This document shows positions 53,681 to 64,000 of a stretch of 64,000 nt of DNA, piece after piece. How positions within the stretch are numbered: position 1 is the stretch's first letter; every line of letters begins with the position of its first letter. The stretch covers positions 78,732,108-78,796,107 of the forward strand of contig NC_068983.1 of assembly GCF_001194135.2 (NCBI RefSeq). The letters run 5' to 3'. The DNA comes from Octopus bimaculoides. Its lineage: Eukaryota. Made by a program: the position numbers and the translations under genes. The notes under the pieces are model-generated. The model was given only the letters and a program-made list of their open reading frames with translations. It made no database searches and was not told where the DNA came from.

Positions 53681-55993
53681 TATACATACATGCTCTATCC
53701 CCCCCAGTATTCCATAAGTAAATACCCAGAGCAATCTTAATAGAAACTACCTAATAAGTAAATAATTAAGTACAGGAATGAATATTAAAATAATTCAATG
53801 CAATCTTCCCTTTCTAATGTTGAAAATTGGTATATATACACATTTTATCTATTCTGGTTTTAATATCATTTTAAGTAATCTTAAATTTTATCTTTATATA
53901 TCATAACAATATTGTTTATATACAATCATCCATAGTACCCCATGATCAGTTCCTCTGTATTAACATCACAAGTTTTATTAGTGTCTTGCCCCTTTAACTG
54001 GTAATTAACATCTTGATTTGGGGTCTTCCCCTACCCAGCCTCCTTTATAGACTATTACTTATACAGATCCTAAAATCCTGACAATAATTACCATACCCAA
54101 CTATAAACTGCCAATTCACTCCTGCCCTCCATTCCTGTCCTCTAGCCTTAGATTTGGTAGTTGATAAAAAATTACTAATAAATTATAAATGAACCACAAT
54201 CCTTTACAAACTATGACCCTAATAAACTTCATACAATTCTAAGAAGTGTAGTATATTCTTAGCTACATTAGTAGCAACATGAACTCTTTCCCTCTTCTTG
54301 CTCCATTTGAAAATTTTAGTAAAATTATGTTAATGTGTTCAACTGATTAAAACTTCTAACTATTTATGCAGCTGAGGATAGCCCTGCATTTAAATTGATG
54401 TAATTATTGCATTGTTCAATTAAATGGAGTTGCTTGAAATGGTCGTACTGCATCACCTCTTGATATCCTGCTGCTTATTTTGATTTTATTCACCTTACTT
54501 TGAATTGTATACCACACTAACTTGGTGTTTCAACTGAAGTACCTAATTCAACTGAATTTCAATTACATATATATATAAAAAATTTTTCAATATTCATTTT
54601 AACACAAGCATCCTGTAATGACCATTGCAACTAAACAACTGTTACGTTATTATTTACACAATTAATGCAGCTAACATTGATTTCAAATTTTGACACAAGG
54701 CCAATTTTGGGGTGAGGCCTAAGTAGATTGCATCAACCCTAGTGCTCAATTAGTAGTTATTTTATTGGTCCCAAAAGGATGAAAGGTAAAGTCAACCGCA
54801 GGAGAATTTGAACTTAGGGCATAAAGACAGACAAAATGCTGCTAAGCATTTGGCTCAGCATACCAATGATTCTGCCAGCTCACCACCTTAAATTCAATTA
54901 ACATTGAAAAATGAAATAGAAATAATTATATTGTAAGATACAATGATCAGTGTCATTGTTATTTTTCAGAGAACTCCAGACATGTTTTGGTATTATTATG
55001 ACCTCATCAGTGAACTGTAGCCTTCACCCTACTCTCTTATAATAAGAATGAAAAAATCTCTGATTAAATGAAAAATTATACATTGGCTTATATAGGAAAA
55101 TAGAATTGCTTAAAGAATAGTATTGCTTGCTCAACTCATTTGTATATCTGCATTTATAATTGGAAGCTTATTGAAGCAATATTCATCATCATCTATTTTT
55201 CCATGTGATATTAAAATAAATCTTTACTGTTACCATTTTTTTCCTACTGAAATAACACTTTTTGTGTGTCAATTCATTTTGAAAATAATGAAGAATTTAG
55301 TGAAGTATCTTTGTCATTATTCAACTGGTGTTTTGAGCATTTACAAGACATTTTGATGGGAGATTATATATAGATCAATTTTAAACTTGGACAATTTCAG
55401 ACAGGTTGTTATTGAAAGGATTAATTGATCTCTTCCATCATACTTTTTTATCATGCCTCTTACTTTGTATTCCCTTTTCATTCTCCAGTACCACTGAATA
55501 AATTTCAAGATTTTATAGGCATTAAAGATTTGAAAAATCTGTGTGTGGATAAAAATTTTAAAAAGCCAGAAAATGTAAGGTATTAAACTTTGGTAAGACC
55601 TCCAAGAAACAATAACATTTGAGTACATAGTATAGTTTGAGATGTCAATAATTTATTGAGTTGATAATACAAATAATGAAAACATTGAAAGCTCCGAGGA
55701 AATTAACACTATACGCATACTATTAGCTATGAACCAAGCAGCACTAAAACCATTCATGAACTGAAGACTATTGTCTGCTAAGATGGTTCACTTGAGGTAA
55801 CAGACGTGAAGTTTTGTCACTTATGTGCCCTAATTAAATATAAGATACAAAATGACATGAAGTTTTGGATATAGCTGTCACTGTTGACAATCAAATAGAT
55901 TACTAATTATCCTGTTGTTCAATGATGCATGTGCTGGAATATTGCCAAAAGTAAAAGTTTGGATATTAGGTTAAATGGAAACTATGTAGATAC

Positions 55994-56038
55994 CTGTCAA
56001 ACAACCACCATAAATCCAGATCAGCTACTGTCCTGAAT
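55994..56038 (-). CDS. Candidate internal exon (45 nt, phase 2-2)
   Basis: Long pyrimidine tract then ggctcag|A TTC AGG...TTT GAC AG|gtatct; a single open frame encoding FRTVADLDLWWLFD. Confidence 0.35.
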
Positions 56039-57089
56039 CTGAGCCAATATATAGAAATAAAGGAACATAAAAAAAGGAAAAGAAACATAACTGGGATTTT
56101 ATAGTTTATATGTACACATGTTTCAGCAAGCCAATTGCTGTTAGTATATATATAAGCTGATTGGCCTTATTATGCAATACAATCAACTCAATTATTCAGC
56201 ATTATCTGCAAAAATATAACTAAAGATAATTGCAAACCCTTATATACACCGGTATGCAAATTAAGTACTATCTGGTTAACATAGCTGCAGAGTTGGGAGG
56301 AAGGAATTGAGAGTAAGAGTGTGTAAGAGAGGGATGTGATGGGTGATGGGGTGAAGATAGAAAGGCTAACATGATTGTGTTTACATCCATACACACTGCA
56401 ATACCCATCACACAAACATGCTTGCTAACATTGGTGTAAACACACGCACACACATGCACGTGCATGTGTGTACGCACATGCATATATATATATATATGGT
56501 AGGGAAGAAAGAGAAAAAGAAATGGACTTCAGACAATGTAGTGTCAATAGTAAGAACAATAGTAACAAATAACAATAATATTAATAAAATTATAAAGTTG
56601 TATCGACAATAATTTTACTAACAAACCAATAATGATTACAGCAACAATAACAGCCACACTAATAACAACAACGATGATGACAATGACAATGATGATGATG
56701 ACGATGATGATGATGATGATGGTAATGATGATGGTAATGATGATAAAAATAATAATTCTTTTTAATTTTGGCGATAGGTCAGCAATATTTAGAGGAAGGC
56801 AAAGTCAATTACATTAACCTAAGTGCTTAATTGGTGCTTATTTTATCAACCCTGAAAGGATGAAAGACAGAGTTGGTCTCAAATGAATTTGAGCTCAGAA
56901 GGTAAAGAACCAGAAACATTTTGTCTGACATGGTAACAATTCTGCCAGCTCTCTGCCTTAATAATAATGATAACAATTATAATAGTAATAATAACAATAA
57001 TAATGATGATGATGATGATGATGATGATAATATAATGATAATAATAATAATAATAATGATAATAATACTACTAATAATAATAATAAGAA

Positions 57090-57490
57090 GAAGAAGAATT
57101 TGACAAGATCAGTAAAAATAAACACTTGCTAATAGAAATTGAAAAAATGTGGCATCTCAAGGCGACTATCATACCAGTGATTGTAGGATCTCTAGGAATG
57201 ATCAAAAAAGGTACTGAAACCTATTTGAAAATGATACCAGGCTTACCACCCCTACAGGAAATACAAAAAATTGTGCTAACTGGAACGACTCATGTACTGA
57301 GAAGAGCATTATCGCTGTGAAAACAACATCCATTCATGAATTTTTTTTTTTCTTAAATACATGTTTTACCTGTGAATTTGCGTGTATAAACTGGGAATGC
57401 ATACAACGAGTTTCTCTGCCCTAGGTGTACGGAAAACACTTGGCGAGAAATGGAAGAAAATTTGAAGAAAGAAGAAAAAAAACAACATAA
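57090..57490 (+). mobile_element. R4/Dong-like 3' end (RLE C-terminus and UTR) between (TAA)n tracts
   Basis: LIEIEKMWHLKATIIPVIVGSLG...QKIVLTGTTHVLRRALSL*. Confidence 0.85.
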
Positions 57491-57511
57491 TAATAATAAT
57501 ATTAATAATAA

Positions 57512-58386
57512 TGTAAAATACTGTCTATGTGATCTCAAATTTTAAAGCAAACGCATAATTTTCTTATGGTTTCTTAAACATTCACTTGAACAAAACTGTA
57601 CAAATCCAAATATATGGTACCCTAGGCATAACACCTACATGAACTTCTAACTTGTTGTCTCTTGAGGTCTCTGGGTGAGACTTGGATCCAACTTGTAAAA
57701 AGGCAAAGCAAAAGTCAAACATAAAATAATAATAATCATAATAATAATAATAATCATAATAATAATAATAATAATGGTTTCAAATTTTGACACAAGGCCA
57801 GTAATTTTNNNNNNNNNNNNNNNNNNNNNNNNNNNNNNNNNNNNNNNNNNNNNNNNNNNNNNNNNNNNNNNNNNNNNNNNNNNNNNNNNNNNNNNNNNNN
57901 NNNNNNNNNNNNNNNNNNNNNNNNNNNNNNNNNNNNNNNNNNNNNNNNNNNNNNNNNNNNNNNNNNNNNNNNNNNNNNNNNNNNNNNNNNNNNNNNNNNN
58001 NNNNNNNNNNNNNNNNNNNNNNNNNNNNNNNNNNNNNNNNNNNNNNNNNNNNNNNNNNNNNNNNNNNNNNNNNNNNNNNNNNNNNNNNNTGTAAAATACT
58101 GTCTATGTGATCTCAAATTTTAAAGCAAACGCATAATTTTCTTATGGTTTCTTAAACATTCACTTGAACAAAACTGTACAAATCCAAATATATGGTACCC
58201 TAGGCATAACACCTACATGAACTTCTAACTTGTTGTCTCTTGAGGTCTCTGGGTGAGACTTGGATCCAACTTGTAAAAAGGCAAAGCAAAAGTCAAACAT
58301 AAAATAATAATAATCATAATAATAATAATAATCATAATAATAATAATAATAATGGTTTCAAATTTTGACACAAGGCCAGTAATTTT
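57512..58386. repeat. Apparently identical 297-bp direct duplication flanking an N-gap (probable assembly overlap)
   Basis: 57512-57808 equals 58090-58386, and both copies end or start exactly at the gap edges. Confidence 0.85.
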
Positions 58387-58719
58387 GAGAAAGGATGCAA
58401 GTCAATTACAACCACATTGCTCAGCTAGTACTTATTTTATCGACTCTGAAGGCTTGAAAAGCAAAGACAACCTTAGTGGAATTTGAACACAGAATGTAAA
58501 AACAGACAAAATGCCACTAAGCCTTTTGCCCAGCATGCTAACAATTTTGTCCACTTAGTACCTTAACAATAATAATAATTCAAATTATGATAGATGTATA
58601 CAATCAAAGTTTGCTTTTAGAAGTGCTGAAATGTATTGAAAGATACAGATAAGGAAATAATTTATTCTAATGCTAGATTTAAAGCCCAAAACTTTCACTG
58701 GCTACTATGCTAGAAGTAT

Positions 58720-59130
58720 GGATACGAAGTAATGAGTGCTTGGTACCAACATACACCAGAAAAGGTAATGGACAAAAAGGGGAAGGCAAAAATCCTCTAG
58801 GACTTTGACTTCCAGACAGACAAGATGTTAGAGCACTGAAGGTTGGATATAGTAACTTTTAGGAGGGACAAACAAGAGTGCCTAATAATCGAAATGGTAA
58901 TGCCAGGAGATCAACATATTATCATGAAAGAAAGAGAAAAGGTTGATAAATATGGAGACCAGAGAATTGAGATCACTAAGATGTGGCAGCATTGGGAGTC
59001 AAGCGTGAAGGTTGTCCCTATGGTCATCGGAGCAAAGGTTGTCCCTATTGTCATTGGAGCATTGGGTTCAAAATAAAAATCCACTCTGAAAAAACATCTG
59101 GAAACTTTTGAAATACCCTACAATGTAGGT
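58720..59130 (+). mobile_element. Degraded R4/Dong-like RLE domain fragment
   Basis: WYQHTPEKV...KIL*DFDFQTD...DIVTFRRDKQECLIIEMVMP...EREKVDKY...VPIVIGALG, a PD-(D/E)xK-type restriction-like endonuclease region. Confidence 0.85.
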
Positions 59131-59134
59131 GTAT

Positions 59135-59390
59135 TGCTAGCATGGGTTGGACGATTTGACTGAGGACTGGGAAGCCAGCAGGCTGCACCAGGCTCCAATC
59201 TGATCTGGCAGAGTTTCTACAGCTGGATGCCCTTCCTAACGCCAACCACTCCAAGAGTGTAGTGGGTGCTTTTACGTGCCACCGGCACGAGGGCCAGTCA
59301 CATGGTACTGGCAACAGCCACACTCAGAAAATTGTTTTTTACATGCTACCTGCATGGGAGCCAGTCCAGCGGCACTGGCAATGACCTCGC
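59135..59390 (-). mobile_element. Young RTE 3' UTR/tail copy
   Basis: Close reverse-complement match to 31205-31450; CpGs are retained. Confidence 0.82.
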
Positions 59391-59392
59391 AA

Positions 59393-59429
<37 letters not shown>

Positions 59430-59431
<2 letters not shown>

Positions 59432-60118
59432 AGTAGGAATTGACATGACAGTAGAGCAGGCCAAAAAATACTGCTCTATTGGGAACAGCTAGGATGTTGT
59501 GATTGGTGCTTGGATGTTGAGTAGATTTCACATCCAGATGCCAGTGCTTATAATCTGTGGAAAGATTATGAGACTTCTGACAACAGGTTTCTCTACACTC
59601 TCACAGAATCAACCAGAGCAAGTAAGACTGAGGGTTCTGAGAAGTAATATAACAATAATAATAATAATAGTAATAATAATGATTTCAAATTTTAGCCCAT
59701 GGCCAGCAATTTTGGTGGAGCAGGTATGTTGATTACATCAACCCCAGTGCTTGACTGGTACTTATTTTATTGACTCCCAAAAAGATAAAAGACAAAGTCA
59801 ACTTTGGCAGAATTTGAACTCAGATTGTTGTGAGGGACAACTTGCTGCTAAGCATTTTGCTTGGCAGGCTAATGATTCAGCCATCTCGCAGCCTTGCACA
59901 AAATAGTAATAATAATAACTATAGCACCTCTAAATTGCAAGGATTTGGAACATGAAGTTTGTAAAGACTGTGCCAGTGATAACTGGTGCATTAGGGACTG
60001 TGAGAAATGGTAAGACAAATGGTAAAAGTGGCTTGTAATGGAATATCTTACAGAGCTTCTACTGAAGGCTTACCTCTTAGGAACAGGAAAGATCATCAGA
60101 AGAATTTTGAACAATTGA
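59430..60118 (+). mobile_element. Two further RLE-element C-terminal fragments (about 59430-59650 and 59915-60118) with a minus-strand family-2 SINE between them
   Basis: Frameshifted ALLGTARML, VITGALGTV and AYLLGTGKIIRRILNN*, each next to (TAA)n. Confidence 0.65.
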
Positions 60119-60119
60119 T

Positions 60120-60629
60120 AGCTCTTATTGAAATCATGAGAGCATGAACCTTTCCCATCGAGTGAAGATGCTTCTCAGTAGCAGTGTGGGAGCATTCCAT
60201 TTTCTTTGCTAGTTCCCTTGTCATTTGATGAGAATTTTCATGCAGAAGTTGGTTTAATCACTCTTCATCGAACCCAACTGGACAGCCAGAATGAGGTGCG
60301 TCTTTGAGGTCAAAATTTCCACTTTTGAACTTGGCATACCAATCATGATCAGTCCTTTCAGTTATGGCTCCCTCTTCATACACAGCGCAAATGTCATGAG
60401 CAGCTTTTGCGGTCTTAGAACCTTGATTAAAAGCTAAAAGAAGAAGGTGTTGAAAATGCTAGTTTTTCTTAACTTGACATTCCATTTTAATGATCTGAAA
60501 ATAAACAAAAATTAACTAAAATTAACTAGAGAAAACAAAATAGATTCCAAAATGATTCAAAAATAGAATTCTTGAAAAAAATAGATTCCAAAATTTTAAA
60601 AAATGGTGGGAACTTAGTTGCCAACCCAA
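60120..60629 (-). mobile_element. Mariner family A, 5' half with terminal inverted repeat
   Basis: ATG at 60485 starts MECQVKKN*HFQHLLLLAFNQG...WYAKFKSGNFDLKDAPHSGCP...MTRELAKKM...HLHSMGKV (HTH region). TIR ggtgggaacttagttgccaacccaa followed by TA at 60605-60631. Confidence 0.92.
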
Positions 60630-60633
60630 TAGT

Positions 60634-60708
<75 letters not shown>

Positions 60709-60802
60709 TTGCTATATTTTTTGATAACATAATAGGTTTAGATAGGATCATGTCTATATTCATGATATAATCCCTTTTTTATTGTTGTTCACGTTATTGC
60801 TT

Positions 60803-61060
60803 GTGGAGGTGTGTGACTTAGTGATTAAGATGTTGGACTCATAATCATAAGATTGTTGTTTCAATTCCTGGACCATGCAATACGTTGTGTTCTTGAGCAA
60901 AACACTTCATTTCATGCTACTCCAGTCCACTCCACTGGCAAAAAAAAGTAATCCTGCAACAGACTGACGACCCATCCAGGTGGGGAATATATACACCATA
61001 GAACCAGGAAACCAGCCATCATGAATCAGTATGACTCGAGAAGGTAACTTTACTTTTACT
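60803..61060 (+). mobile_element. SINE family 3 copy
   Basis: Collinear with 29821-30060. Confidence 0.75.
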
Positions 61061-62553
61061 ATGTTATTAATTAACTCTGACTCAACTCTGATTGAGCAGA
61101 CAAACAATCAAATGTCTTCCAAACATGACCATCCCATCTTAAATCCAGGGTTAGTGCATTCAAAGATAATGCATCCAAGACCACATTATTCTATGAATAC
61201 TTAGCTTTTTAAAATGGTAGGCAGGATATGAGGGAAGTTTGGCTGGTATTTCAAGTTTGTATATTGGTATGTTTTTGAACTGAAAATATCCAAACTAAGA
61301 AAGTTGCTTAAATGCTCAATGTGCCAGAATGCATTTATGTCATGCCAATCACTTGCTATGCTAATTATGCCTTATCAGATGATGGTATCTTTAGTGATTA
61401 GCATAGTGGCATAAGTATCAACTTCTGATATGGTTATCGCAAAGCTACTTGTTTACATTGAAAATTGAGAACTTGGGAGTCTGTCATTAATGATTTGGTG
61501 CTTAGAAGGCAAGTACTTAGCAAAACTAAATGTTGTATAACAAATCAATGTAAATCTTCCGTGAGAGTTATGGCAAAAGAGACTATAGAAGCTATAATGG
61601 AATCAAGCCAATGATATCACTAAAAATAGAGTGTAAATTTCCCTCAAAATCATGTGCAACTGCATTGACCTGTTGCAAAAACATGTAAATGTGACTGCAT
61701 GGGAGGACGTAATGCACGGTAAGTCCACTGGAGCCTTAATAAGAAAAAATAGAAAAAAAAGCAAAGAAAAATAACATGCAAGATACTTTGAAGAACCACA
61801 AAAAGATTTCTTTCTCTCTCTTACTCATCCTTTCTTCACTATGTAAAATATATGTAATCGATCATTTTTAAATTCAATCTCAACTTTTAAATGACTTTAG
61901 ATGGTCTAACTTTAAAACCTTGAGTTAAGTTGTGCTGATGAATCTTAACAAAGGCAAAATGGAGCTATACATGGTTACTGTATTAATAATAATAAAAAAT
62001 TGTGTGAAGAAACATGTATGCTCTTTCCTCTTTCTATTTTTCACCATCCAACAAGAAAACAAGAAAGAAAAAACTTGGAAGTAATTCTCCCCCACTTAAG
62101 CACATACACTCTTCCTTCCACTATCGCTTCATCTCTCTCTCACTCTGTCACTGCCATTATGAGGTAGTCTCCAGCAAAGAGAACATGCCATATGCAACTG
62201 TTATGAGAAAAAAAAATGGGAAGATTCAGAATACAGTTTGGGATTTATTTACTTATAGAATTTTGAGACAGATCAGATGAGGTATAGCTTTATAAACATT
62301 AAGGTATGTCATGATAGATGGATGGTTTTAAAAATTCTGTCAGGTTATGTCCAAGAGAAATAAAGCAGTGGGTACTAAACTGAGTAAGGAGTTTCAATTA
62401 TTGATACATATCCAGCAAGATTTTACTTCAAATTACTCTCTGGCAACATATTACAAAGGCCCTCTGCACTGAATTCCTGCAGTATCTTGTTAATGCCAGC
62501 CTCATTTGCATTACAAAATAAATCCAAGATATGAATATGAAGCTAGAAACTAA

Positions 62554-62789
62554 GGCGGCGAGTTGGCAGAAATGTTAACATGCCAGGCAAAATGCTTAGT
62601 GGCATTTCGTCTGCCGTTATGTTCTGAGTTCAAATTCTGCTGAGGTCGACTTTGCCTTTCATCCTTTCAGGGTCGATAAATTAAGTACCAGTTATGCACT
62701 GGGGTCGATGTAATCGACTTAATCCATTTGTCTGTCTTTGTTTGTCCCCTCTATGTTTAGCCCCTCGTGGGCAATAAAGAAATAAGAAA
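62554..62789 (+). mobile_element. SINE family 2, young full-length copy
   Basis: Near-identical to 8564-8796; possible TSD agaaa(c/g)taa. Confidence 0.88.
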
Positions 62790-63070
62790 GTAAAAGGAGA
62801 AACGTATGTGAAACAACCTAAAGATGATTATAAGCAAAGAAAACTAAGTTATTAGTTAGTATCAGAGTTTCTAGCAGCAAAATTCCGAATCTTCCAGACA
62901 TACAGATTAAGGCATTCTCACTTTGGGGAATATTTACTTTGGGAGGTGTACTTAATAACTGAAAAGCTTGTGTAGAATTGAAGATCAATGAGAGAACTTC
63001 CAAGAAATAGATACTGCCTTTGTTTTTCTCTATATATAAACCAGACATTATACATACATATGCATGTGTG

Positions 63071-63149
<79 letters not shown>

Positions 63150-64000
63150 GATATTCCTCATATATACTTATATGGGAAGTATACTGTTGCATAGCTATGA
63201 AATATGGGTTGTAAATTTTGTAATTGAAGATGAATGTATTTGTATAGGTTCCATTAGACTGCAAGCATTGTAAGCAGTGAAATATAAGTAACTTGAGAGG
63301 GCATTATTCAGTTTACACAGGAGACAAATCTGAATAAATATAGACGTGAAAGATATATAGATGACAAGGAGTGGTGAGTTTTTCTCTTAAAAATTACTGA
63401 AGTATCTTGTAATGAGATGAAGTAGATTAATCATATCTGAGAAAAGTGATCTCACACAAAGTGATATAAATTTGAGACATGGCAGATTGCAAACCAAAGT
63501 AAATCCTCTTAATAACAAGCTATAGAAACAACAATAACAACAACATAATATACTTTTAAAAACATTGAACTAATGATAAAGCATTTACATGATTGCTTGA
63601 CCTACGAAAAATGGTAGCCAAATGTCTCTCAAATCATTTGCTGTTATTTTAAAAAGGAAGGATACGTTGGATAAGGTAGTCTTAAATACACTATATTTAA
63701 AAACAAAAATCAGTGGACCATTGCTGGAATGTCTTTGATAAAAGGTCCAAGGGGGTGCTAAAAAGTTCTTGGCTTTAAGGTATCACAAAAGGCCTGAGTT
63801 TTTTTCAGTTTTTCAGTTACTGCCACCCTACATGAGTCTACATTTCACTCTTACATTTCGAAAATCGCTTAGTTTTGACAACTTGACACTCTTCCTATTG
63901 CTAGTCACTTTCTAGAGTGTACTAAATTTTAGGCAAGGCCCCTGTACTAGAGAAGTTGCTATGTCCTCAGTAAGATGAAAGAGTCCTCTCAGCCCTACAT

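Noticed and set aside
54970-55574. Plus-strand exon candidates RTPDMFWYYYDLISEL* (54970) and PLNKFQDFIGIKDLKNLCVDKNFKKPEN (55489-55574)
   Set aside because: They could not be linked into a chain, and the stop-containing one precedes the internal-looking one. Unsupported, though not excluded.
57512-58386. 297-bp exact direct repeat as a real duplication or LTR pair
   Set aside because: Both copies end precisely at the gap edges and appear identical, typical of unmerged contig overlap.

Overview
AT-rich, repeat-dense animal genomic DNA from a gapped draft assembly, with six N-runs at about 3002-3165, 7392-7586, 13478-13487, 26345-27125, 31847-31856 and 57809-58089. The repeat families (tRNA-derived SINEs, RTE elements with (GAT)n tails, R4/Dong-like elements in (TAA)n, mariner/maT, Gypsy) resemble those I associate with Octopus or other coleoid cephalopod genomes; this taxonomic call is an inference. 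I recognise no intact host gene, RNA gene or CRISPR array. Most ORFs in the track are microsatellite translations or broken transposon proteins. The main observations are: (1) the two complementary halves of one mariner family, each with one TIR and a TA, lie in the correct order and orientation about 25 kb apart, framing 34691-60629; (2) a tentative, frame-compatible chain of small minus-strand exons encodes an unrecognised peptide; (3) several long hairpin-forming structures could be A-to-I editing substrates; (4) (TAA)n-associated RLE retrotransposon ends cluster at 57-60 kb. Coordinates were read by eye, and the edges of degraded repeats are approximate.
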